Shown here piece after piece: positions 29,701-38,885 of a DNA stretch of 38,885 nt. The notes below the pieces were generated by a model. That model made no database searches. It had not been told where the DNA came from and was given only the letters and a program-made list of their open reading frames with translations. This stretch comes from Trichomonas gallinae (taxonomy: Eukaryota): NCBI GenBank assembly GCA_008369845.1, contig MRSU01007649.1, forward strand, positions 1 to 38,885, written 5' to 3'. Every line of letters starts with the position of its first letter. The stretch's first letter is position 1. The position numbers and the translations under genes were made by a program.

Positions 29701-32700
29701 ATCGACATGAAACAGAAACCAATCAAATAAGCCATGTCTTCTTTTCGAATGTTTGAAGACTCACAGATTGTTTTACAAAGCAAGCATTTGATCTTTGTTA
29801 CAGGAAGTTTCGTTGTAACTCTCATTATATCCAGCAGCATAATAACATGTTCTATATTGTTCATGTCATTTTCGTGAATTAAAATTTTCGCGAATATATT
29901 ACAAGCAGTGAAATGAAGCATTGGATCAATTTGTGTCACCAACAAAATGAACCAAATGAACCAGCATGGCTTTGATATAAAATTATCCATGATTTCTGGA
30001 TTAGTTATCATCATTGCAATTCTTCCTAAAAATTCTTGTTGTGTTTGAATATCAGCTCTAATAACTATCATGAAAATCAATGGAAAACATGATGTTATGT
30101 CTAACTCGAAATTTGCTGAAAATATATCACTGTAGTCCAATATTGGTGGAATATGGCATTCCCACAAAAATGATTCTTTGTACAAATTTTGTGGATAAAA
30201 CATTTGAATGCTTTGAAGATAAGTTACGACAAAAGATTTTTGTATTTTTGGATTAATATAGTGACACATTTTAGCTACTTTCATAGAAGGTTTTTGCGCA
30301 ATTAATATAGGAATAATACTATACATTTTTTGTGCTAAGACGTAATCCTCACAATAAATGCAATGTAAAATAAATTCTTTGATAATTTCATCATTAAATT
30401 TTGATTTTTCATCACTCATTGTTATATTACTAATTAATTTAATTAACAGTGAATGAATCATGTTCAAGTCCAAGCTTTTGCCTCTATCTACTGTTTGTAT
30501 TATTCTTTTTTCAACTGGTTCTATATAAAAATTTCGTCTGAACATCAAAAATAAATTTGATAAAATTTTCTTCGAAATTATTTTGTTTTGTATCATCATT
30601 TCGCACAAAGCGCTGCACCACTGAGAGACAATTTTGTGAACAACTGATGATGAACTTCTTGACCACAAATCAGCATTCAACAAGATTTTTTCAACTAAAA
30701 TTTCAATATCGTCTTTTTCTGTTAATATTTCCAACATTCCGTAGAATGTATTATAAAGATTGACTGTTAAAATATTTGGTGGTGATTCACTTAAATAATA
30801 AGGAATCAATTCCAAAAGATTGACTGCCTTTTCTCCAAAGAAATACATAATGAAATTCACACAATTCGGTCCGTAAGATAAAGAAACTTTGTCTAAATAT
30901 GAGAAAACAGGTAAAAATGTTTCCAAAGCAATATATTTCTTGTAGATATCAAGAATATTTGGAAAAGATTCACGGTATTCGTTTTCATCGACAAAAACTT
31001 TTGTTTGGCAGATTTGATTCGGTGAATTTTGTTTCGTTGTCATTATAATTGGATAATTCATTGGTAATGATGAAGTTCCAGCAACAACAAAATCAGAACT
31101 CATTTCAGTATCAATAACTTTGCTATATACTGTTAGATTATGAACTTGATATGCGCAAATGGCTTTGTCAATTTCATTAAAAGCCATTTCATTTGGATTT
31201 CCAAAATATAAAGACATTTCTTCCGGCAGATCTATTGGTTCTCTGACATTTGACGAAACCGGACAGTCTGTATTTAATCTTGATGTAAGCTTAAACTGGA
31301 GGCCTCTGTTTGTTTCTTGGGTTCTAAATGCAATTGCTATGCAATTCCATTCATGCAACGGTAAATCGTAAAGCTTAAAAGAAGAAATTCTGTCTGACAA
31401 ATGTAAATCAACGAAAAGAGTTGTTTGTATCATATATATTTCGCATAATTTGATGTTTTGTATAAAACCATCAAAAATTACAACTCTCTGACTAAGCTGT
31501 GAAGCTAAAGCTGGATCGATTTTTAGCCAGAAAACAACCGATGACTCTTTGAAGAAATCAATGCATTTGTAGCCTTTTGATTCGCAAATAATTTTAGGAA
31601 TAGCCATTGGATATGCAATTGATGGAGATCTGTTCAAATTCAAAACAGTGCTAAACAAATGAGTCATGAATGATTCGGCCAATAGATGGAATAAACCTTT
31701 CGTTGGCAAAATTATAGACATTATTTTTTGAGCTACGACTGTTGATGATTTTACGACGATTATCCTGCTTAGAACTGGATAAATGTACTTAATAACATCT
31801 TCTTTGTCTGTCAAATTGTTTATGACGCAACCTCTGAAGTTAAAAGACTCTGGGAAATTGTAAATCATGTCTAATAATAAAATGTCTATTTCTCCTTCAT
31901 GGAATTTGATCGAATTATACATAGAGAAATTAAGCAAATTCGCCATCAGCCTAAATAGCTCATCAAAAAGCTTGCCATTTGTGTAAACAGCAAAAATCAG
32001 CAACAAAATTGATGGCTTTTTGATTAGCGTTAAAAATGAAGTCGTAACTGTTTGTGATGCGGACAAAAATGATAAAAGTCTATTTTTTGTCAGCTCTGAT
32101 ACATTCGTTCCTTCGCATTTTCGAACCAATGAAGCAAACATACTGACTGATTTAGTGTCGAAAATGAAGTCAGGATTGAAAACAAACTGTTGCATTGATA
32201 ATTGCAAAATTTGTTTCAAAAGATCAAAACTTGGAACAGCATTTGCATATTCCATAGCCGTAGTTAATATCAAATCGCATGATGTTACTATATCTGGATT
32301 CATTTGTATTCCTTCGAAAACGCAATTTAATAATCTTGAAGCTAATTTCGTTGTTTTTTCTGAATCATTGTGCATACTTAATATTTTGAGTGTATTTGCA
32401 ACGAATCCAACTGTTTGAGTAATTGCACTGCCAACTGTTCTAAATACTTGCGTTAATTTCATAAATACGATATCTGAAAAAGAATCTTCAAAGAAAGCTG
32501 TCATAAACGAGTATGCAAATGATTGCGAGCTGAAGCATGATGTAACAGCTGATGTATTATTGAGAATACAGAAAATTAAGACGAAAATTGAATCTCGAGC
32601 TTGAATTGTTTTCACGGCATTCTCAGGATCAAGATTATAGATTGTTCTAAGCTTTTGTTCAACAGAATATATTGCTTGGAATGCTTCTTCTTCAAAAGAA

Positions 32701-33659
32701 ATGATATTATGATCGATTGATTCAATTCTCAGACAAATTTCAGCGAATAAGTATGGATAATCTTTCAACATTGAAAGTAATTTTGATGTGTAATTCTTCA
32801 TTTTAAGAAATATCGTTTCTACTGCAATTTGTCGAAAAAATGCAAGCTGTTCGAAATTTTCTGGCTTTTCAAACATCGTAATGTATGGATTGAATATAAT
32901 TTTGTTAACAATTGCCGAAAATGCTTTCTCTGACATGTTTTTCGTTCGATTTGTTCGTTTTAATAAATATAACGTAGCTATGTATAACAGAGGATTGCAA
33001 CTGTATTCGGTCAGTGATGGTGAAATTGAAGTAAAGAACACGTTTGTGAAAGCAGCGCGCGATTTTTGAAGAATTTTGATTATTTGATCTAAAATTTGCT
33101 GTAATTTTGGCTCAAAAAAGCTTTCTTCTGTAAGATCTGTAACAATTCCTGGTATTTTAGCGTCAAACATCGAGTCTATTTTAACATTGTGATGAAATTC
33201 GAATTCGACATATCGTTGAATATCACTAAAAACGTGAAATTGTGAGTATACTTCATGGGGGAAGATGATTTTATTCTCGTACTGTTGTACAGTAGCTATG
33301 AAAGATGTTGCAAGATTCACAAATAAAACTTTTTTAGCATCTGTTTCTTTAAGTTCGCCTAATAACGAAACAGACTCAACAACAATTTCTTCGAAGTATT
33401 GTAAACGATGTATCAGTACATTCACTAGCATGTCGAAGTCGCATTGATCATTATTATCAATTTCTTGGCGAATTAAAGTATTAATTTGCTCGAGTAAACA
33501 ATATGCGCTTTCGTTGTCTTCACTCGCGAATAGATTTTCTAGTGATTTGCACGCTGCCCCATAAACATTTTTGGTTTTTAAAGATTTATCAGCTACTAAA
33601 TCAATTATTATGTTTAAAATCTGAAAAGTGACATAAATTTTAGCCAAAATTCTTATCAT
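26781..33659 (-). CDS. Beige/BEACH domain protein (ARM - ConA-like - PH - BEACH - WD40)
   Basis: PH-like RDRFHQQTALEIFT; BEACH WYSGSLSNYEFLLLLNMFAGRSFNDISHYPIFPWV...RIEPF...WVDLVFG; C-terminal WD40-like strands; ConA-like SVVFWLKID...EWNCIAI. The exact start is uncertain because about 40 codons upstream are open but contain no ATG. Confidence 0.92.
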   Translation of the reverse strand: MIRILAKIYVTFQILNIIIDLVADKSLKTKNVYGAACKSLENLFASEDNESAYCLLEQINTLIRQEIDNNDQCDFDMLVNVLIHRLQYFEEIVVESVSLLGELKETDAKKVLFVNLATSFIATVQQYENKIIFPHEVYSQFHVFSDIQRYVEFEFHHNVKIDSMFDAKIPGIVTDLTEESFFEPKLQQILDQIIKILQKSRAAFTNVFFTSISPSLTEYSCNPLLYIATLYLLKRTNRTKNMSEKAFSAIVNKIIFNPYITMFEKPENFEQLAFFRQIAVETIFLKMKNYTSKLLSMLKDYPYLFAEICLRIESIDHNIISFEEEAFQAIYSVEQKLRTIYNLDPENAVKTIQARDSIFVLIFCILNNTSAVTSCFSSQSFAYSFMTAFFEDSFSDIVFMKLTQVFRTVGSAITQTVGFVANTLKILSMHNDSEKTTKLASRLLNCVFEGIQMNPDIVTSCDLILTTAMEYANAVPSFDLLKQILQLSMQQFVFNPDFIFDTKSVSMFASLVRKCEGTNVSELTKNRLLSFLSASQTVTTSFLTLIKKPSILLLIFAVYTNGKLFDELFRLMANLLNFSMYNSIKFHEGEIDILLLDMIYNFPESFNFRGCVINNLTDKEDVIKYIYPVLSRIIVVKSSTVVAQKIMSIILPTKGLFHLLAESFMTHLFSTVLNLNRSPSIAYPMAIPKIICESKGYKCIDFFKESSVVFWLKIDPALASQLSQRVVIFDGFIQNIKLCEIYMIQTTLFVDLHLSDRISSFKLYDLPLHEWNCIAIAFRTQETNRGLQFKLTSRLNTDCPVSSNVREPIDLPEEMSLYFGNPNEMAFNEIDKAICAYQVHNLTVYSKVIDTEMSSDFVVAGTSSLPMNYPIIMTTKQNSPNQICQTKVFVDENEYRESFPNILDIYKKYIALETFLPVFSYLDKVSLSYGPNCVNFIMYFFGEKAVNLLELIPYYLSESPPNILTVNLYNTFYGMLEILTEKDDIEILVEKILLNADLWSRSSSSVVHKIVSQWCSALCEMMIQNKIISKKILSNLFLMFRRNFYIEPVEKRIIQTVDRGKSLDLNMIHSLLIKLISNITMSDEKSKFNDEIIKEFILHCIYCEDYVLAQKMYSIIPILIAQKPSMKVAKMCHYINPKIQKSFVVTYLQSIQMFYPQNLYKESFLWECHIPPILDYSDIFSANFELDITSCFPLIFMIVIRADIQTQQEFLGRIAMMITNPEIMDNFISKPCWFIWFILLVTQIDPMLHFTACNIFAKILIHENDMNNIEHVIMLLDIMRVTTKLPVTKIKCLLCKTICESSNIRKEDMAYLIGFCFMSIFIRLKSCNYSEKLLQQALESGFKDDWITLNPPQPIANIHTFSQIRQSFTLPSQSIKYWLYMADWDKLSHSQQYVLEILHHMIEKTPLITPILHVISLIARYPKSASHKKRLIMNIVSEREFLTVESLIQEKMKRLVKFQTMTLEILDKQDKKLAKLNSNFPNVDPANAKIDKMLDDDVKIRNIIIRNQSMYMNEDSIWSIPQKSIMTRDNKFLSNFDSIFVKRKFCIKKALEPAAAVEIPSNATVFIGKRIKPAKISIVKFYIEKKNIHIVFDMKKESIIPPKNVRAIFLRDRFHQQTALEIFTTNRKSFLIDFAPNKITPIINQITEIKFNQSTIIQSENGMESAKEYNLLGRWYSGSLSNYEFLLLLNMFAGRSFNDISHYPIFPWVETYFKSASLRNLTFPITYQSTKVRTSAVSNPHAVMMQAPNNPSFVCSMFSRIEPFASQNLSLSTSMIDTKQRSPVSFPSVHAIFERINTYNENREAFPEVYSVPEVFLNGSNTLATPSIEIITATPIRVSASSSSVHDDKSPDDSCDESSMSITIPVDEFSEERIGSIGSPHVILKSSESWTKVTMDIPENEKPDEKQRKVFEWVYQCRKILNSPSLSQSLGKWVDLVFGVAQSGKDSVKTMNIYDPSLLYDVWEKSDPKDHGKLMEMIEKNGTLPAPIFNEHVHFVMYSSTSPDIEYVVTMKISNQPAVAADFKFDEKGNISLLISFDNNTIEKYSISLDEKFSKLSQKVYDCNISKIYTVDDDLLIFDKKSNKILNQYSEIVYSDKTNKIEHFCCDGKTAVVCTEQGIITRIVDNELQKEIHAFCERITCIAVSSFFGITVVAFSDGKVLIYDNEKSKVMNSANVGQFIYKIVIAQTTGLILCKTQHEMFVISINGTIIKSAPFDRWSYLCCTWKDANTGVDIVASSDLQGNIFVFEAFFPQKPLFAAACGARPLCMKYNQQLLGLCILTEKSQFLFYPFS

Positions 33660-34481
33660 ACTCTCATCCTTTGTAACTTCATATATAAATAATACAATCT
33701 TAGGTGCTTTTAATTTTATGAAATCATGTAAAATTATGAAAAATTGAAAAAATGCTGCAATAAAAGAGTGATAATTTCTGCTTTAACTGAAGATGTCAAC
33801 TATAATAATAAAAATCTATGTAATGCAAATGTAATCTTATGTTTAAGATATGTTTCGGAATGACCAAATTTCCAACGTTTGATTATTAATCAGCCAAAAC
33901 TATCGCATTTGGTTTTAATATTTATTTTAATGTCAATGAAATGTTTTTGGTCATATATTTTAACCGTGATAAGCAAGATTATCAAAAAGAAGAATTGAAT
34001 TAACTCATACAAAAAATTTAGAAGTACCCAGAACCGTTAACGATAAATCAAAAATGCTAGAATCATAAAAAGCAAATTGCCATCTCAATATCTATCTAAT
34101 ACAGTCTATTAGAATTGAATTATATTCGATTCTGATGCTATTTAATTTAAATTAACTTTTTGATGAGAAGCTGCAGATACATTTAGAATACAATATATTA
34201 TGATAAAATTCTCAAAAAATTCTTCTCCAAGTAGCTCATCTGTGTTAAAATTATGCATTTCTTATATAGTTTGTGCAAAATGTATTATGTTTGATTAATG
34301 GATATTTTTTAGTGTTTATCCAGACTATATGCAAAATAGATGTGACTAAAACACATCTTGAGGGCTCCATCTACAACTTTTAGCAATGTTTAATAGATTT
34401 TACTCAAACTATAAATGAAGGAAAATAAGAAAAAAAAAAAAAAAATAATCAAGTTAACTTAAATTAAACGAATAAAACAAT

Positions 34482-35072
34482 TTAACAACAAACATCACGA
34501 GTAGACTCTTCAATCTTAATAGTTGTCCTCTTAAGGATAGTGGAATGTATATCGCTATTTTTCACATCAGTTGCTAGGTCTTCAAACATTTTATCAATAT
34601 TTAGCCCTGTTTTTGCAGAAGTCATATAGAACTTATAGCCTTCTTTGGTGGCCCATTCTTCAGCTTTTTGAGCCGAAATTTCAAAATCTTCATCTAAATC
34701 CGCTTTGTTGGCAGCAATATAAACAATAGCATTATTTCCTGCCGCCTCTTTGAAACTGCAAATCCATTCCTCAAGCCTTAAAAATGAGTCGCGATTTGAA
34801 AGCGAAAAAACTACAACAGCCGCAGCAGCATTTCTGAAATAAATATGTCCGAGGGATTTGAACTTTTCTTGTCCCGCTGTATCCCATATCTGCAAGTCCA
34901 CTCTCTCATCAGGAAGACTGATTGAGTATGTCTGGTAATTTGCTCCAACAGTACTTGGCTCGAAAGGGTTGAATGCTTTGTCTATTAAATACGATGTTAT
35001 TGATGTCTTTCCAACACTAGCATCACCAATTGTGACAATCCTTAGTGGCGAATTATCATGATTCCTTAACAT
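34482..35072 (-). CDS. Rab family small GTPase
   Basis: GDASVGKTS, WDTAGQEKFKSL, NKAD, TSAK and a C-terminal CC prenylation motif; Inr TCATTT at 35084-35089 on the minus strand. Confidence 0.95.
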   Translation of the reverse strand: MLRNHDNSPLRIVTIGDASVGKTSITSYLIDKAFNPFEPSTVGANYQTYSISLPDERVDLQIWDTAGQEKFKSLGHIYFRNAAAAVVVFSLSNRDSFLRLEEWICSFKEAAGNNAIVYIAANKADLDEDFEISAQKAEEWATKEGYKFYMTSAKTGLNIDKMFEDLATDVKNSDIHSTILKRTTIKIEESTRDVCC

Positions 35073-35294
35073 TACAAATATAAAAATGAGATAAATTCTG
35101 CATTCAATTATTTGAAAGAAAATTTTTGTACAACTTTTTTATATTAGTTTGTATTTTTTATTGGGTTTTCTTTTCAGATTTTATAATGATTGTGATGACC
35201 AAATTGTTCACAAAAATCGAAATTAGCGAGCAAATATGCCCAATATGATCTATACATTGATATAAATAGATGTGTCAGAAAGATCATGGGATCA

Positions 35295-35390
35295 TTCAGG
35301 GATCAAAAAAAATTTGAATTCTGATCCCCTGAAATAAAAGTCAGACCTTATTCACATGCAATAATACTCAGAAGAGTATTGTGCATAGAA
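35295..35390. other. Two adjacent hairpin-forming inverted repeats
   Basis: ttcagggatca (35295-35305) pairs with tgatcccctgaa (35322-35333). atgcaataatactc-agaa-gagtattgtgcat (35356-35386) forms a second stem. Confidence 0.5.
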
Positions 35391-36017
35391 TTATCTAATA
35401 TTAACTTGACTATCATAGTCGGCTTTTAAATTTTAACAATTTCAATTAATTCGTTAAAAACGTTCTGAAATATGTTATTTACTCGATATTCTTATTTCCA
35501 TTCAATTATTTTAAGTTAGATTCATCAAGCAAGGAATATAATTATATCTTTGTTAAGAGGAATTAATTTCTCCTATATGACTGAATATTATACATGTTTA
35601 TAGACATATTTGTAAAATATTGCAAAACAAAATTTCAATTTTTCGAAATTATCAAATCTAATGTTTAATTTTGATACCCGTTGATGGTATATAATCAAAC
35701 AATGGTTCTATTTACTAAAATATAAAAGTTATAAAACTCATAATTTCTTTGATATCAATGTATATAGAATCACAAATAGAGGGAAACAATATTACAATTA
35801 TCATAATAAATAAATCTGAATTTTTATTTTGAAATGAAATAAAAATCAAGAAAATAACTGATATCCATACAACTATAGTTGAATAAAATTAATCCGAAGC
35901 TAGCTGTTCTAAAAATGAATTTTATTTTTTATTTCTTGTCTTTTGACATATAATATTTTAATATGTCATTCTATAGAATGTCAATAATATAATACAAGTT
36001 GAAAATAGGCAAAAATT

Positions 36018-36863
36018 ATGAATGTTCCCATATCACCATATCTTCTTGGAATTTTCATATGCATTACTTTGGCAATATTATTATATCTGCTCATAAATTC
36101 CTTTAACGTTTATTTCAGTGATACAACTCAAACCGAATTAATGATAATTAACATAATACGAAATCGTGATATTCCGAATTTCACTGATGATCAAGGAATT
36201 ACTATTGAGCCATCAAAGAAAATCAAATACTCAGTCATTGCTTTACTAAATTCAATCACAATTCACGAGGCCTTAATAAATCTCGAAAAAATTGTTGAAA
36301 AGTTATCAAATCTTTCAATATCTAGTCATACATACGAAATAATTTGTATACTACATGAAAAATCAAAGCTAATTCATGGATTTGATCAAATTAGTTCAGT
36401 TATTCCAAATTGCAGATTTTTAATCAGTAAAAACAATCAAATAGATGACTTTAAACAATGTGTACTATCCGCAAAAGGACAATATATATTGAATTCGAAG
36501 TTTTTAACCAAAGATTTAATCCATATTGAAAATTCTCATAAACAATTTATAGTAATGTCATCTCCAATGAATAGTGTCAGTTTGCCTATCTTCAATAAAT
36601 CAATTTACGATATTCCAATATTTGCATTTAAACCAGCCGCAATGATTATTTTCTCTAGACTACATTCACATGGTCAAAAAGCTGTCCCAGAAATATACAT
36701 GCTTTGTCATAAATCAAATCTCACAGTTTACAAAAAGAATTATTATTTCTCAGATTTCAATCCATCTTTTATATATACAATTTGGTATTCTGCATGGTAC
36801 CTATTCATACTGGTAATGTACAAATCGAAATTTTGGACACTTGGGAAGACAAAAAGAATTTGA
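36018..36863 (+). CDS. Divergent ALG5-like (dolichyl-phosphate glucosyltransferase, GT2) protein lacking catalytic motifs
   Basis: N-terminal TM segment followed by YSVI, TYEIICI, VLSAKGQYIL, AAMIIFSRLH...EIYML and LFILVMYKSKFWTL, colinear with ALG5 blocks. DDGS and DAD motifs are absent. Confidence 0.65.
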   Translation: MNVPISPYLLGIFICITLAILLYLLINSFNVYFSDTTQTELMIINIIRNRDIPNFTDDQGITIEPSKKIKYSVIALLNSITIHEALINLEKIVEKLSNLSISSHTYEIICILHEKSKLIHGFDQISSVIPNCRFLISKNNQIDDFKQCVLSAKGQYILNSKFLTKDLIHIENSHKQFIVMSSPMNSVSLPIFNKSIYDIPIFAFKPAAMIIFSRLHSHGQKAVPEIYMLCHKSNLTVYKKNYYFSDFNPSFIYTIWYSAWYLFILVMYKSKFWTLGKTKRI

Positions 36864-37356
36864 AATTTAATTTCTTTCTACAATGCTTAAATACAATGCG
36901 AAACATTAAATACATGGTTAAAAATGCATATTCTGGATCATCTTGCTCCATATCTACATCAAACGGTGATTTTGTAAACAATTATATAAATATTTGTAGC
37001 ATACAGCTATCACGCAATCATTTAATTGTATTTTTCAAGCCAATGTTAACAATCAAAAATCAAAATTGCCACTCGAGTGAACTTAGAATGTTTTTATTAT
37101 TATGCAATAAAAAAATTAAATACATAGTTGTGTACGCCAGATGAGGAAAATATATTTGTTTTTCGTATTATTACGTCCATGGAGCATCTTTATCAATGTC
37201 AAACATCAACTAATACAAAAATTGAATTCCCAAGTAAAGTCTACACATATAAAATTCAATATAAAAACAAGGAAAATGATTGATGCACTAAATGATTTTT
37301 AATTAAAAGATGCATGTACAACAACCAGAAAACAATTAGATAAAAAAGGTTTTCTC

Positions 37357-37803
37357 TTAGATAAAAAAATCATCAAATGGAGGATCATAACATTCAAAGA
37401 TAGATAACATGTCACCAAAGTCTTTATCAATTACAGAAGGAGGTGATACTGTTTTAATTTCTTCAGTTTTTTCTTGTGAATTTGATGCATTTTTCAATCC
37501 GTTCAAAAGCTTATGATACGTGTTTTTGATTTGAAATTCATTTCTCCCATCGAAATGTGATGCTATAAATCTCCATTTTGGAGATAATTTTGGAACTAGT
37601 TCCAAAAGTAAAGCATCCTCTTTGGTCCAATCTCTTTTCGCTAGATCAGGCTCCAGGAATCTAATGTATCTATCCATGCATTGTCTTGCTGTTCTTCCAT
37701 TCATCTGTTTTGCGACTTCTTTCCATTTTCCAGTTCCGTAGAACTTTACTAGTCTCGACAGTCTTTCGTCCTCTTTCTGATTGAATCACTTATATGCAAG
37801 CAT
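37357..37803 (-). pseudogene. R2R3-Myb transcription factor gene with premature stop at codon 6
   Basis: Inr TCATT (37808-37812), then ATG 37803: MLAYK*FNQKEDERLSRLVKFYGTGKWKEVAKQMNGRTARQCMDRY...WTKEDALLLELV...KWRFIASHFDGRNEFQIKNTY. TGA at 37786-37788. Confidence 0.85.
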
Positions 37804-38453
37804 CCTCAATGAAATATGGCAGAATATAAATGGGATTATATGAACTGTATTGATTAGTTTATTTAAATATAACAGCTATGATCTGTTCAACTCAATTTTA
37901 AATGAAACAATTACCCGATTTGTATTTATCTCGATGGAGATTTTTTTTAAAAAAAAAATGCACTTTTTTATTATAAATTAAAACCAATTCTGAATTAAAA
38001 GAACATAATTAAATTGATCTATCCATTATCATGTTGTTTGAAGCAAAGATCGTTGGCAAGTTGACAAAAATTACCAAATCTACCTGGCAAAAATCCCCAA
38101 AATTGTGACTTTTTCAAAAAGATTAATAAACTCTATATTAGAATTTTCAATACGCACACAATACAGCATATATAATATGAAATGTGGATTTTTTTATTTA
38201 CATCATTTATTCTTATGAATATAGAGAAATACTATTACATTGTTTATTAATAATTATATATTATTGTCTCTTTGATTCCAAATAAACTCAAGAAAAGCCT
38301 GAACAATGAAGATTAATATTGTTTATATCATTATTTCTGATAACAAAATTGATATAATTGTAAGGTATTTATCATTGAAACAATTTGAATCTAAATTGTC
38401 ATTTCTATTGAGTAAAACTCTATTCATTTTAACTTTGTGTATTCATTGTGATC

Positions 38454-38640
38454 GTACAAAACAAAGAAAACCAGACAGTCTTGGATTGGGTCTAATCTGA
38501 AAGCAAACATGAAGTCATCAAATATTTCTTACTATAGTCGGAATATTGACCAATAGATGTGAACAAAAAGAGCAAAGACAATTGGACAGCTTTAATATTT
38601 GCTTCAGCAAATGTACATCTTGGTCCTATCTCTTATTTCA
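38454..38640 (+). pseudogene. Degraded ankyrin-repeat gene remnant
   Basis: VQNKENQTVLDWV*SESKHEVIKYFLL*SEY*PIDVNKKSKDNWTALIFASANVHLGPISYF: ankyrin consensus with three stops. The remnant probably extends on both sides. Confidence 0.7.
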
Positions 38641-38861
38641 AGTTTCCCAAATACAATTGTAAAAAGCAAAGAAAACCAAGCAGGATATCCTATATTCTAC
38701 CAAAGTATTTCTAAAGAATATAGTGTTGATATTAGCGGATAAAAAAAAAGTTTTTCCTGTATGGGCATTTTCAAAGTTCATCTTAGGATCAAGTACAACA
38801 AAATACACGCTGATATTTAACTAATTTAAACACGTTGATAAAATGCCATTAAATGTTTTAC

Positions 38862-38885
38862 AAAAAAAAAAAAAAAAAAAAAAAA
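38862..38885 (+). repeat. Poly(A) run (at least 24 nt) at the window end
   Basis: Seen directly in the sequence. Confidence 0.95.

Noticed and set aside
1912..33447. Numerous short ORFs overlapping or antisense to the long genes
   Set aside because: No recognisable motifs; such shadow ORFs are expected on long coding sequences.
33660..33908. 5' extension of the BEACH gene to an in-frame ATG at 33908
   Set aside because: Five in-frame stops intervene and there is no recognisable motif; it cannot be told apart from intergenic DNA.
36782..37200. 120-aa + strand ORF or a minus-strand gene remnant
   Set aside because: It overlaps the ALG5-like gene end and has no recognisable family in any frame I read.
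1..38885. Spliceosomal introns, tRNA or rRNA genes, Maverick or mariner transposases
   Set aside because: No trichomonad intron 3' motif (ACTAACACACAG), RNA gene signature or transposase ORF was seen by eye; tRNAscan/Infernal were not run.

Overview
AT-rich, compact, intron-free eukaryotic genomic DNA. It is very probably Trichomonas vaginalis or a close parabasalid, judged from the ubiquitin variant [19 protein letters not shown] initiator elements just upstream of ATGs, and BspA-like, Gly-rich, TKL, BEACH and Myb family members. Intact genes: SRP receptor alpha, cyclin, a divergent Med14-like protein, a MATE transporter, a TKL kinase with a putative MLKL-like N-terminal helical bundle and a C-terminal ARM/HEAT region, a HEATR6-like protein, a 2292-aa BEACH/WD40 protein, a Rab GTPase, an ALG5-like glycosyltransferase lacking its catalytic motifs, and three hypothetical proteins. 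Between them lie seven or eight disabled genes that the ORF track misses or truncates: Gly-rich, BspA-like, ubiquitin, two beta-helix-like surface genes, R2R3-Myb, an ankyrin remnant, and possibly a small secreted peptide. Non-coding structure includes a 174-bp hAT-like MITE (19-bp TIRs, probable TSD), a ~96-bp CCC-rich repeat in a divergent promoter, clustered TGAC motifs and a double hairpin. Family assignments come from recognising motifs by eye; no searches were run. I see no clear multi-gene novel system; the best leads are single-gene architectures and the MITE.
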